From the IMG/VR virus record IMGVR_UViG_3300037225_000134, positions 1 to 61,939 of that record: a stretch of DNA of 61,939 nucleotides; one strand, given 5' to 3'. A program made the translations under genes and the position numbers. Below, piece after piece: positions 49,964-59,556 of this stretch (positions within the stretch are counted from its first letter, which is position 1; each line of letters starts with the position of its first letter). The notes beneath the pieces were generated by a model. It saw nothing but the letters and a program-made list of their open reading frames with translations. It made no database searches and was not told where the DNA came from. This DNA comes from a virus (Duplodnaviria; Caudoviricetes).

Positions 49964-50536
49964 ATGTGGAATGTGGTGAATTACATGGTGAATGGATTAG
50001 AGAGAGTTATGGGATTTAAGGGACCGGAAGAATCGACTGAAGTAGATGAGACATTTTTGCACCAGGGCAAAGACATTATAGTAACGCTGGTAGCAGTAAA
50101 TGTAGTGGAGAAGCTGGTAATGAGGTTCTCTGAGGAAGTAGGCGAACTAGCATGGAAAGAGTACGCTACTCTCACAGAAGAGGAAAAGGAAGCTGTAGAC
50201 GCTATGGAGCCTGACACCAGGAAGGGCGGAAAACCTAAGGCAAAGTTCGCAAACAAGTACATGCTTTACCTTACGCATACCCCCTCCGGCAGGAACTTCT
50301 ACTATGAAGGTGAAGGCTGGAGCAGGTCGGATATTGCCTTCTTTACAGAAGAGAATGATACCCCGTGGGCGGCATTCAAAAAGTTCCTGGAGACACTCGG
50401 CCCGGAGATAACAGGCCCGTTTCAGCTTGGAGAATACTTGCACGAGGGTGATGAGTTTATGGCTAGGCTTATCCTGAAAGATGGGTACCTACACCTAGAC
50501 CCGGCTACTTTCGTATCGGTGAATATTCCCGATTGA
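49964..50536 (+). CDS. Hypothetical protein at the head of the recombination module (possible SSB)
   Basis: Own promoter and terminator; position near ERF; SSB is only a guess. Confidence 0.4.
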   Translation: MWNVVNYMVNGLERVMGFKGPEESTEVDETFLHQGKDIIVTLVAVNVVEKLVMRFSEEVGELAWKEYATLTEEEKEAVDAMEPDTRKGGKPKAKFANKYMLYLTHTPSGRNFYYEGEGWSRSDIAFFTEENDTPWAAFKKFLETLGPEITGPFQLGEYLHEGDEFMARLILKDGYLHLDPATFVSVNIPD

Positions 50537-50553
50537 ATTGAAATAGAGACCAA

Positions 50554-50581
50554 GGCGGGGGGTTTTCCCGCCAATTTTTTT
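50554..50581 (+). terminator. GC hairpin plus U-tract terminator
   Basis: GGCGGG-GGGTTTT-CCCGCC-AATTTTTTT. Confidence 0.65.
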
Positions 50582-50791
50582 ATCAATAATTATAAGGAGA
50601 ATAATATTATGCAAGAAAAATGCCTAAAATGCTATTTTGTTATGGATTGCGGCGGTCTCATGGAGACCTACTGTGACTATGAGGAAAACCACATAATAGA
50701 GGTGGAAGTAGTATCATTAGCAATAATCGGAGTAAACGAATTTGTTGATGCAATAACAAAAATATTTGATCAAGTTGGAGAGCTGATGTAA

Positions 50792-51265
50792 ATGGAATTT
50801 TCACCTACAGTAACGGCCATAACCAAGGCCTTGGTAAAGGTACAAGAGAAGATACAAAACCCAACAACCACCGCAAAGAATCCATTTTTCAAGAGCAAAT
50901 ATGCTCCACTAGATGAAATTCTTGCTATGGTTAGACCTATATTAGCTGAGAATGGACTTGTAGTACTACAAGAAGCATCCGGGGATGGATCTTTCGCTAC
51001 CATATCGACTATCCTCATGCATGATTCCGGGGAATACCTGAAAACGGCGGCATTAACTCTTAAACCCGTCAAAACTGATCCACAAGGGATAGGCAGTGCT
51101 ATCACCTATGGCCGAAGATATGCACTCTTAAGCATACTTGGATTAGCTGGAGAGCCTGACGATGATGCTAACGTGGCTACTCATGGAGCAGCAACACCAG
51201 AAAAAGCAGAGCCTAAATCAGGGTTTATAAGAAGACCCGGACCCGCACAAGAGGCAACTAAATGA
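50792..51265 (+). CDS. erf: ERF-family single-strand annealing protein
   Basis: KNPFFKSKYAPL...H.SGE...PQGIGSAITYGRRYAL...DDDAN. Confidence 0.92.
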   Translation: MEFSPTVTAITKALVKVQEKIQNPTTTAKNPFFKSKYAPLDEILAMVRPILAENGLVVLQEASGDGSFATISTILMHDSGEYLKTAALTLKPVKTDPQGIGSAITYGRRYALLSILGLAGEPDDDANVATHGAATPEKAEPKSGFIRRPGPAQEATK

Positions 51266-51360
51266 AAACAGGACCAAAACCACAACCCCTCTTACCTCGT
51301 TTTTTGAAATTTGTAGATCATATAAATAGAATATGTAACCATAAAAGAAGGGAGATATGA
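51262..51360 (+). pseudogene. Probable internally deleted HNH endonuclease remnant
   Basis: MKTGPKPQPLLPRFLKFVD resembles RFWxKVD N-termini of HNH_3 endonucleases; ATGA overlaps at both ends. Confidence 0.45.
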
Positions 51361-52004
51361 TGATAACGAAAAAATATACTGTATTTGGAACACCTATTGG
51401 AAGATTGTACCGTATAAAAGGTATCTATCTTCCTTCCGTTACTAGTATTATATCAGGATTTAAAACAGATAGAAAAAATTTCACCAACGATTACCTATCA
51501 ATAGGCACCTTGGGGCACTTTGAATGCCTCCGGGAATATGAACCAAACATGGTAGTACCCGATGTATCATTTACGTGGGATGATGATATAATAAATGCAA
51601 AATTAAATGCAATTAATACAATGTGGGATATATGCAAGCCTTTGTCTGCAACTAATATCAAGGTGGAATTTGTAGTATACGACCCGGTTAATAGATATGC
51701 AGGCCAAGTTGATATGCTCGAAGGTTCGAGAATATCTGATATTAAAACCGGCGCATTCTACAAGCATTATACCCTGCAGTTAGGAGCCTATTTCCATGCT
51801 TATAATCTAGGGCGGAAGAAAAAACTAACCGGCACCAGGCTTTATATCCTGGATTCAAATAATAGGGCTGACAGAAATCCCGATGGACTACCTGAAATAC
51901 TAAATTATTCTCAGGCAGAAAGCGAGGAGTTCGCAGCTAAATTCCTGGAAAAGGCAGCGGCGTACAACGTATTGATGGATGAATACCTGAGTGGGAGGTG
52001 GTAA
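51357..52004 (+). CDS. PD-(D/E)XK exonuclease
   Basis: LPSVTSII, GTLGH, YAGQVD, DIKTG, QLGAY. Confidence 0.85.
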   Translation: MMITKKYTVFGTPIGRLYRIKGIYLPSVTSIISGFKTDRKNFTNDYLSIGTLGHFECLREYEPNMVVPDVSFTWDDDIINAKLNAINTMWDICKPLSATNIKVEFVVYDPVNRYAGQVDMLEGSRISDIKTGAFYKHYTLQLGAYFHAYNLGRKKKLTGTRLYILDSNNRADRNPDGLPEILNYSQAESEEFAAKFLEKAAAYNVLMDEYLSGRW

Positions 52005-52032
52005 ATGCCTAAATTTTTAGCTAGAGAAGTTT

Positions 52033-52698
52033 ATGGAGACTTTGCAAATGGCAATTTCACTTATTATTGATTCTAGAGAAAAACTAGATAAAGTACAACC
52101 TTTAATGGATAAAATCATGGCTGGAGGTAGATTTGATAACATTAAAATAGAGTATAAAGCATTAAAATATGGGGATTACCGTATTGACTCCAACGGCAAA
52201 AGCATGTTAATAGAAAGAAAGGCGGTAGCTGACTTTTGCTCGAACTATGGCAAAGGAGACCTGAAAGAAAAGCTTTGGCATATGAGGCAGGAAGCAGACA
52301 GAGCTATGCTTATGATCGAAGGCCGGTTTAAAACCTTCGAGGGAAAACCCGACTTATATCTATATCGTGGTAGTGATTTAACTCCAGAAATAAAAATTCA
52401 AACTTACGTTAGGTTCTTAACAAATGAAATGGAGCGTGAAACTTGGATTTACTTTACACATAGCCGATTCGAGAGCCTGCTAAGCATCATGTACTTGGCT
52501 GAAAACATGGAATTTATGCAAAATCCTAAACCAAGTATAAAATGTGGTAATCCCCGTGAACTATTGATACAAATACCAGGTGTTGGAGAAGATACGATAA
52601 AGAAGCTTCAAATGAAATACAAGACACCTATGGACGCCTTGATTGATTTGGATTCGTGGGCAAATAAGACTGTTAAAGAGGGTTTAAATTCATGGTAA
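52033..52698 (+). CDS. ERCC4/XPF-family structure-specific nuclease with HhH
   Basis: IDSRE, GDY, IERK...D, IEG; IPGVG HhH. Confidence 0.88.
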   Translation: METLQMAISLIIDSREKLDKVQPLMDKIMAGGRFDNIKIEYKALKYGDYRIDSNGKSMLIERKAVADFCSNYGKGDLKEKLWHMRQEADRAMLMIEGRFKTFEGKPDLYLYRGSDLTPEIKIQTYVRFLTNEMERETWIYFTHSRFESLLSIMYLAENMEFMQNPKPSIKCGNPRELLIQIPGVGEDTIKKLQMKYKTPMDALIDLDSWANKTVKEGLNSW

Positions 52699-53189
52699 AT
52701 AATATTTATGTCGATATTGATGGTGTCCTTAGGCTCTTAGATGTGAAATGCTTTGGGAAACCTGCGAAGTATTGGCACCAGAAAAACGATAAGATGCAAA
52801 GCCTAATAGAGATAGTTAATGAAAACCTTAATGTTCTGTTAGAAGCGGAACCAACGGAGTACCTGCCGTATTTCAATACATGGCCTAAGTTAACTCTGTT
52901 AACATCGCAGCTTGAGGCCTGGAAGCCTTATACTGAAGCATGGCTAAAAGCCCATCTTACAGTACCTTACACTATCACCTATACCCTAGATGCTAACGAT
53001 AAGTTAGACCACCTGGAGAAGGGAGATTATGTCATCGATGATAGCCCAATGTTCTCGAATTTTAAACAAGTTATATTAGTTCACAAGAAGTATAATAAGA
53101 AGGCGGAAGCACCCCTAAGGATACATAATTCATTTGAGTTATCAATATTATTAGGGATGTTAAAGAGGAAGAAAAAGGAGATACGATGA
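52692..53189 (+). CDS. HAD-family 5'(3')-nucleotidase-like protein
   Basis: YVDIDGVL, LLTS, K, IDDSP. Confidence 0.75.
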   Translation: MVNNIYVDIDGVLRLLDVKCFGKPAKYWHQKNDKMQSLIEIVNENLNVLLEAEPTEYLPYFNTWPKLTLLTSQLEAWKPYTEAWLKAHLTVPYTITYTLDANDKLDHLEKGDYVIDDSPMFSNFKQVILVHKKYNKKAEAPLRIHNSFELSILLGMLKRKKKEIR

Positions 53190-53221
53190 CAACAAAAATT
53201 AGATAAATTTGGTGATATAAA

Positions 53222-54049
53222 ATGAGAATTATAGATAACGACGCAATGGTAGGACTCTCTATTAGAGATCTACGAAACATAATGGCGGGAAGAGCTGCAA
53301 CAGAAAACGCAAATTTAGCCAATAACCCGGAAACCAAGCACAAGCAAATAGCGGACCTGGTATCTAAGGACTTCTATCTTAAGATGCTTCCTGAAGAGCT
53401 GGCACAGCTTCATATCGATGGTAGCCTACACATTCACGACCTGGAGTACTTCGGTACCCGGCCATTTTGCCGAAGCCTAGATATTAGGCCTACTCTGATG
53501 TATGGGTTTATGCCCGACGGAGGGCATGGAGCGATTGATGCAGGCCCGGCAATGCACCCTGACGTAGCAATACTTCAGGCGGCTAAAGCTCTTGCTATGA
53601 GCCAAACACAACACGCCGGAGGGCAAGGCCTACTGTATGGGCTTGTATTCCTGAGCCCCTTCATGGCAGAGCTGGATTATAAAGGAATTAAACAGATGAT
53701 GCAGCTTTTGATGTATGAATTGAATCAAATGTATATATCAAGAGGCGGGCAAACCATATTCAGCTCAATTAATATATCTCCTGGAGTACCTAAGATACTT
53801 GAGGATGTACCGGTAGTCTGGAAGGGGATTCTATGGGACGGTGAGACTCAACCCTATGGAAAGATGGATAAGGGGATCTACTCGGATTACATCAGGTATC
53901 CTAAGAAGACCTACGGCGACTTTGAAAAAGAAGTAAGGCTTATGTTTAAGGCCTTGATGGAAATATCACTACAGGGCGATATTCGAAACAAACCTTACCC
54001 CTTTCCCAAGTTGGAAGTAAGTATCGAGAAAAAGTTCTTGGAGGAATAA
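53222..54049 (+). CDS. nrdD: Anaerobic (class III) ribonucleotide reductase, N-terminal fragment
   Basis: HIHDLEY...RPFC, AGGQG, RGGQTIFSS, FPKLE; no ATP cone seen. Confidence 0.9.
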   Translation: MRIIDNDAMVGLSIRDLRNIMAGRAATENANLANNPETKHKQIADLVSKDFYLKMLPEELAQLHIDGSLHIHDLEYFGTRPFCRSLDIRPTLMYGFMPDGGHGAIDAGPAMHPDVAILQAAKALAMSQTQHAGGQGLLYGLVFLSPFMAELDYKGIKQMMQLLMYELNQMYISRGGQTIFSSINISPGVPKILEDVPVVWKGILWDGETQPYGKMDKGIYSDYIRYPKKTYGDFEKEVRLMFKALMEISLQGDIRNKPYPFPKLEVSIEKKFLEE

Positions 54050-54051
54050 TC

Positions 54052-54453
54052 ATGGATAAAACAGAATACAATAAGAAGTATAGATTAGATCATATAACTT
54101 ATTTTCATGAATACGATAAAGAACGATATCTTACAAACAAAGATGATATATTAGTTAATAAGAAAGAAGATAGAGAAAAATATCCAGATAAATATAAAAA
54201 ACGAGATAAACTAAATTATAGAAAACTTCGTATTCAAGTTATTATGGCATTAGGCGAAAAATGTGTAGATTGTAGAACTATGGATATTAGAGTATTAGAC
54301 GCACACCATATCAATGGCGGAGGAAGCCAACAATTCAAAACATTTGGAAATTATAAAAAGTATTACAAATATATTATAGATAACCCAACAGAATTTTTAT
54401 TATTATGTGCAAATTGTCATAGAATAAGGCATTATGGTGATTTAGATGGATGA
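54052..54453 (+). CDS. HNH homing endonuclease interrupting nrdD
   Basis: CVDC...HHINGGGS...LLCANCH; AT-rich; fills the gap between the nrdD halves exactly. Confidence 0.9.
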   Translation: MDKTEYNKKYRLDHITYFHEYDKERYLTNKDDILVNKKEDREKYPDKYKKRDKLNYRKLRIQVIMALGEKCVDCRTMDIRVLDAHHINGGGSQQFKTFGNYKKYYKYIIDNPTEFLLLCANCHRIRHYGDLDG

Positions 54454-55633
54454 AGACGTACCTACATATGAAGAATTATATAAAATGGCATTTGAAGTTG
54501 CTGCGAAATTTGGAACAATTTACTTCGATAATTTACTTATTGATGGTAAAAACAAAGAAAATTCTGTTTCGTGTACCCAATGCTGCGCATATAGCTTCAA
54601 ATCTGATGATAAAACAGATAACAAATTTAACAAAAAACTAAACTTTGTAGGTGGTGAGCATTTTAAGCTCGGAGGTATGCAGGTAGTAAGTATCAACCTT
54701 CCAAGGTGCGCATACCAGGCTAACGGCGATAAAAAGATACTCATAGCACGGATCTATGACATGATGGATAAGGCGGTGGAGATCTTTAAGATAAAGCAAA
54801 AATTGATCATGGATCAGGCGGCAAATGGAAGCTTATCTTACATCAATCAGATTACTCCAAAAGGGGTAAGATTCACAGATTTCAAGTCTCTAGTATTTGA
54901 AATGGGTATTGTAGGCCTAAATGAGATGGTGGAGCATTTCACTTGTGAGCAGCTACATGAAAGTGAAAACTCGCGAGACCTGGCAAAAAGCATCCTGGCA
55001 CAAATGAGTGAATATTGCAAAATGGCCTCGGATACCTATAATATGAAAATTGTATTGGCCCGGACTCCGGCAGAGACAACGGCTCAGAGGTTCGCAGTTT
55101 GTGACATGATGGATGATAGGTACAAAGGATTCGCGGAGCTTACGGTAAAGGGAGACAAGTACACGGCCAAGGGCCTAATAGCCAAGGGAAAAACAAGAGA
55201 CCTGCCGGTATTTTACAGTAATGGTATATCACCAAGCATAGACGCACCTATAAATCTATCCAAAAAAATAAAAATAGAAAGCGAGCTTTGGCCTTATTTA
55301 GATGGCGGATGCATCTCACATATTTGGCTTGGAGAGTCAAACCCTTCAGCCGAAAGTCTTATGAATTTCGCTCTAAGAATCGCACAGAAAACCAATATCG
55401 GGTACTTTGCTTTCAGTAAGAATTATTCACAATGTGAAATATGCCATCATATCACCGATGGAATAGCCAAAAAATGCGAAAAATGCGGAGGCGAAAAGCT
55501 TATCATCTTTGCACGTATAACAGGATACTTGAGTGCAGCGGGCATGATGGAGCACGGAATATTTAAACCACGATGGAACGCTGCAAAAGCTACAGAACTG
55601 TTTATGAGGCACGATGATGGAAAAGATATGTAA
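54446..55633 (+). CDS. nrdD: Anaerobic (class III) ribonucleotide reductase, C-terminal fragment
   Basis: QCCAY finger loop, SINLPR, GLNE, TPAET, CxxC-CxxC, glycyl-radical motif RITGYL. Confidence 0.92.
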   Translation: MDEDVPTYEELYKMAFEVAAKFGTIYFDNLLIDGKNKENSVSCTQCCAYSFKSDDKTDNKFNKKLNFVGGEHFKLGGMQVVSINLPRCAYQANGDKKILIARIYDMMDKAVEIFKIKQKLIMDQAANGSLSYINQITPKGVRFTDFKSLVFEMGIVGLNEMVEHFTCEQLHESENSRDLAKSILAQMSEYCKMASDTYNMKIVLARTPAETTAQRFAVCDMMDDRYKGFAELTVKGDKYTAKGLIAKGKTRDLPVFYSNGISPSIDAPINLSKKIKIESELWPYLDGGCISHIWLGESNPSAESLMNFALRIAQKTNIGYFAFSKNYSQCEICHHITDGIAKKCEKCGGEKLIIFARITGYLSAAGMMEHGIFKPRWNAAKATELFMRHDDGKDM

Positions 55634-55705
55634 GAAATGTAAGAAGAGTAAGGATGTTAAATTTTTTACTAAGAATAACGACAACAAAGACCACCTTGAT
55701 GACTT

Positions 55706-56428
55706 ATGCGATATTTGTATAGGAGAACTAAAATGAAAATGTACTATGGAGGCATGGAGAACGTATCTTTAACTGATTGGCCGGGGGAAGTGGCAACCGT
55801 TATCTTTTTCCAAGGTTGTCCTATGAAGTGCCCGCACTGTTTCAATGAGGCTATGCTACAACCCCTTGGAGCCAATTTGAGGGACCTAAAGGTAATAAAG
55901 GATGACCTGGTATCAAACCCTCTTATATCGGCTCTAGTACTATCTGGAGGGGAACCCCTTATGCAACCCGACGCGGCGAGGGAGTTATTGGTATATGCTA
56001 AATCGATAGGCTTGAAAACCGCTATAGAGACCTGCGGCTATTACCCAAACGAATTAGTCAAATTACTAATTAATGATTTACTTGATATGGTTTTCATTGA
56101 TGTAAAGTCGGAGCTAACTGATGGTTCGCAGAGTATCGCGACGGGGATAAACGACGCTACAAACAAGGTGATAGACAGCTTAAACATATGCTTCACGACG
56201 ACGATACCATTTGAGATTAGAACCACGGTATTTCCAAACTTTCCAAATACAATAGAGCTGGCGAATCTCGCGATGGATATTAAGAAACTGAAAAAGGAGT
56301 ACCCAAATAACGAGCTACAGGGCCACGTTCTGCAACAGGGCATAGCAAAAGAGAGCGAGACGTACTTTGAGCCAGTACTTAAGGCAACCTTAGCAAATAT
56401 GCAGAAAGTATTAGATGAGTTTATTTAA
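55706..56428 (+). CDS. nrdG: Anaerobic RNR activating radical SAM enzyme
   Basis: DWPG...GCPMKCPHCFN, SGGEP, EIRTT; follows nrdD. Confidence 0.92.
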   Translation: MRYLYRRTKMKMYYGGMENVSLTDWPGEVATVIFFQGCPMKCPHCFNEAMLQPLGANLRDLKVIKDDLVSNPLISALVLSGGEPLMQPDAARELLVYAKSIGLKTAIETCGYYPNELVKLLINDLLDMVFIDVKSELTDGSQSIATGINDATNKVIDSLNICFTTTIPFEIRTTVFPNFPNTIELANLAMDIKKLKKEYPNNELQGHVLQQGIAKESETYFEPVLKATLANMQKVLDEFI

Positions 56429-56942
56429 AATGAAAACAAATTATCAATTCATCGGGCCTATTAGGGATATTCGCGAGTTTGCGTGTGATAATTTATACTT
56501 TACTTATCATATTAAAACGGGCGAAGGTGGATACGATTGTCAGAGGCTATCGGGTCACTATTGTTATGGTACCGGGTGGTGTCCACTACGTTATACCTCG
56601 GGGGAATTTACCCCTAAAGTAGGGTCAAGTGGATCATGGCGATTCTATTGACCAAAACCTTTTTATTCTAATCTTGTCTTTATGGTATCTGGAGATAACT
56701 ACTCCGACTAACAACCGGAGCAAGTGACCAATATCAAAGCCAACGGAAACCACCGCAAAGAAAGCCGGGTATCCGCCGCCAGCACCTTCTATAATAATCC
56801 TGACATTATTAGTATTAGAGATAGTCCTAGCAGTCTCAGGATAAGGAGGCGGCTAATATTGCAAAACTGTTTAATGAACCAAAGACATCAAACCATTTTT
56901 TGATGGTGTATAATAGGCTTAACTTATAAGAGGTAGGCGGAA

Positions 56943-57413
56943 ATGAAAATACTGCTTGGGATACTGGTTCTACTGCTAACCGTACCAACGGCTCAGGCAG
57001 TAGGAATAAATGGACTGCTAACCTTTGAGAATTTTCTCAGGGTAGACAACACAAGCCACGGGAAATACATACCAGGCGTGTATGAATGCATACAATTTAG
57101 TGAGGACCTGGTAAAAGAAGCAAAACTACACGGCTATGATTTGATATTAGTGCTCGCGGGAAAGTGCAAAACCTTTCCTAAAGGTCACTGCATGGTAGCT
57201 ATACATTTAGATACCGGAGTAGACACTAAACAATATTGTATATTTGATTCCCAAACTGGCGTATACATGAACACGGTACTACTAAAATGCAGCCAAACCG
57301 AGAACATGAGTCTAATATTCTTACCATTACAGGCAGTAAAAGCACAATCAGTAGAATCAGTATTTTATGATACCGATATGGTAATATCTGTAAAAATCTT
57401 TAAGGGTGAATAA
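56943..57413 (+). CDS. Secreted papain/transglutaminase-like cysteine peptidase
   Basis: Signal peptide; YECIQFS (Cys), GHCMV (His), IFDSQ (Asp). Confidence 0.6.
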   Translation: MKILLGILVLLLTVPTAQAVGINGLLTFENFLRVDNTSHGKYIPGVYECIQFSEDLVKEAKLHGYDLILVLAGKCKTFPKGHCMVAIHLDTGVDTKQYCIFDSQTGVYMNTVLLKCSQTENMSLIFLPLQAVKAQSVESVFYDTDMVISVKIFKGE

Positions 57414-57415
57414 AA

Positions 57416-57694
57416 ATGTTAACTGTTGAAATGTTAAAAGCAATGCCGAGGAAAACAATCTTTGCCTCGGGTGAGTCAGTGGATGGACCGATGGGAATAA
57501 ATCTTATGAATAGCGGCGCTATGCTAAGATGGGTTGCCGTTCGCGGTGGATACCACGATTGGGCCGTTTATGCCGGGCCGGTGGACTGCAGCATAGATGA
57601 GGTTAAAAACAACGGTGATAAGGTATATGATGCTAGAACTATTAGGAATCTAGTGCCATGCAACCAAGAAGCTTTCAAGCTGTATAGGCAATGA
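57416..57694 (+). CDS. Hypothetical virus protein
   Basis: Clean ORF with RBS; RWVAVRGGYHDWAVY. Confidence 0.55.
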   Translation: MLTVEMLKAMPRKTIFASGESVDGPMGINLMNSGAMLRWVAVRGGYHDWAVYAGPVDCSIDEVKNNGDKVYDARTIRNLVPCNQEAFKLYRQ

Positions 57695-58607
57695 GGGTAT
57701 TAGCAGTCACTTAGAGAAGCTGGTAAGAGATTGGACAGGAGACGAACCATATGAGGATTAAAGCATTATTTTTTGATGATGAAAATATGGATTGGGTAGC
57801 AAATGTTCTTGCAGGTGAATTAAGAGCATTTAGTGATCCTGAAGAGCTGGCAAAAGAAGAGCACTTATTGAACTATTTACTAGTTAAAAAATCAAGAGGT
57901 AGATAAGTATGAAAAGGAGCTGGAAATATGATGATGTATGAATTCATGGAATACAAACAAAAGGTATGGCTGGAGAAAATAACACCCTTGATACCAGTGG
58001 AGCTAAGATTTCACTTCGCGATGCTGGTAGCTGGATACTTTGACAGAACCCAAATGAACCCTGATGATGATGAGGATATAACAGGGTATGCGTGCATCCA
58101 GATATTCGATAATCTAATAGAAAATGGATACTTTAGGATAATGGCGTCTACATGCCCATTCTGTGAGAATACCGCGAACTACGAAAGAGACAACCCCGAG
58201 GATATTGAGGATGGCTGTGTGGAAGTATGCAAGTATGGAGAAGTATTTGGCTGCCATATAAATTCCGGGTTTTCTAAACTAAATAACTTCATAGAACGAT
58301 ACCTTTATGCAGGCATGGACGATATGAGGTTAGGGATATGAGGAAGCCGGAGACAGATAAAATGCCTGGAATGCATGGACCGATGTATAACCCGCGACGC
58401 GACACGCGACTAAATTCATATTGCCAAAGTTGCAAGTATGGAGGAGTATGCGCACTATGCGCACCTATTTGCAACGAAAATGCAAAATCTAACCCGATGA
58501 AAACACCGTCCTTGGCTTGGATGATTACTACGACTCTGGTAATCGCAGTTTTAGTTGTGATTATCGGAGGGAAAGTTATTTAAACTCATCGAGCCTATAT
58601 GGGTATT

Positions 58608-59100
58608 GTGAGGAAACAGAAACCCCCTCATCAGAGAGATAAGGCGCAAGAAACAGCCTAACGACCTGGCGACCTGACTCTGACACCAGACACCGGAAAA
58701 GTCTACAAAGAAAGCTAGACTCCGACTCCAGTCCCTTCATAATCCGTCGCCCAAAAAGATGCTTACGGCTACGAGGAAACAATCTCCTTAAGCTAGGTAA
58801 ATCAGACGGCGGCGGAAATAATAATGGTTTGTGCGCCAACACAAGCCGCATAGACCAAATACGCAAGCGCAAGCATCGCACTCACTTATAACTCAATTGG
58901 TAGATCTCAGTAAGGCGGCGGTTCGACTCCGTGAGTCCGGTAGAGCCTGAGGAGCGTGTAGGTTCGAGTCCTACTAAGTGAGTGCTAATTATAAACCCGG
59001 CCCGTGCCATTAGAGCATGAATCCTTAGTATTCAGAGTCTCGCTGTGGCCCTTCTGGCTCTACACTCTATGCAGACTGATATCCTTTGAAGTGAGGCCGG
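58608..59100 (+). ncRNA. Putative large structured ncRNA or multi-RNA transcript
   Basis: BRE/TATA at 58571-58584; chain of hairpins whose G-U pairs work only on the + strand; contains a tRNA-like module; no listed + strand ORF. Confidence 0.6.
58878..58985 (+). ncRNA. tRNA-like RNA with an 11-bp acceptor-like stem and a second T-loop in place of the anticodon loop
   Basis: GCACTCACTTA/TAAGTGAGTGC; D-loop-like CTCAATTGGTAGA; T arm GTAGG-TTCGAGT-CCTAC; inner GCGG-TTCGACT-CCGT. Confidence 0.75.
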
Positions 59101-59556
59101 TAATAATAGAAGGTGATTATCATGGTATTAGCTCTACGCTACAAACTATCATCAGAGGAATTCCATGCTGAAATATTAGCTAAAATGGCAGAAAAGTATC
59201 CAAAGCTTAATATTCAAACTAAAAAGCCTTCGGGCATTTCTCTTTTAAAAGGCGGCGGAATGATAATAATACCAGTAGCTTCCGAGTTCGTTCAATAAGG
59301 GCGGCGGCTATTGGTAATAATAATGAGCCATCTACATAGAAAGTCAAAGTGCCCACTTTCACTTTCTTAGAACCTGGCTCTAATAATTCTTTTTTAATAA
59401 TAGGGTGAATTATATTATGCCGGAATCTGAATTAATCAAGAAGGCGATCATTACAAATATTGATCCATTAACCAAAGGCCCACTTGATAGGCATGGTGTA
59501 TCTGAGATGATGGTAAACCAGATCGCAAACACAATAAGACACGCACCACAAAAAAC

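Noticed and set aside
54040-54460. Group I intron or intein in nrdD
   Set aside because: No non-coding flanks for a ribozyme core; in-frame stop after the first half; no Cys/Ser...His-Asn intein ends
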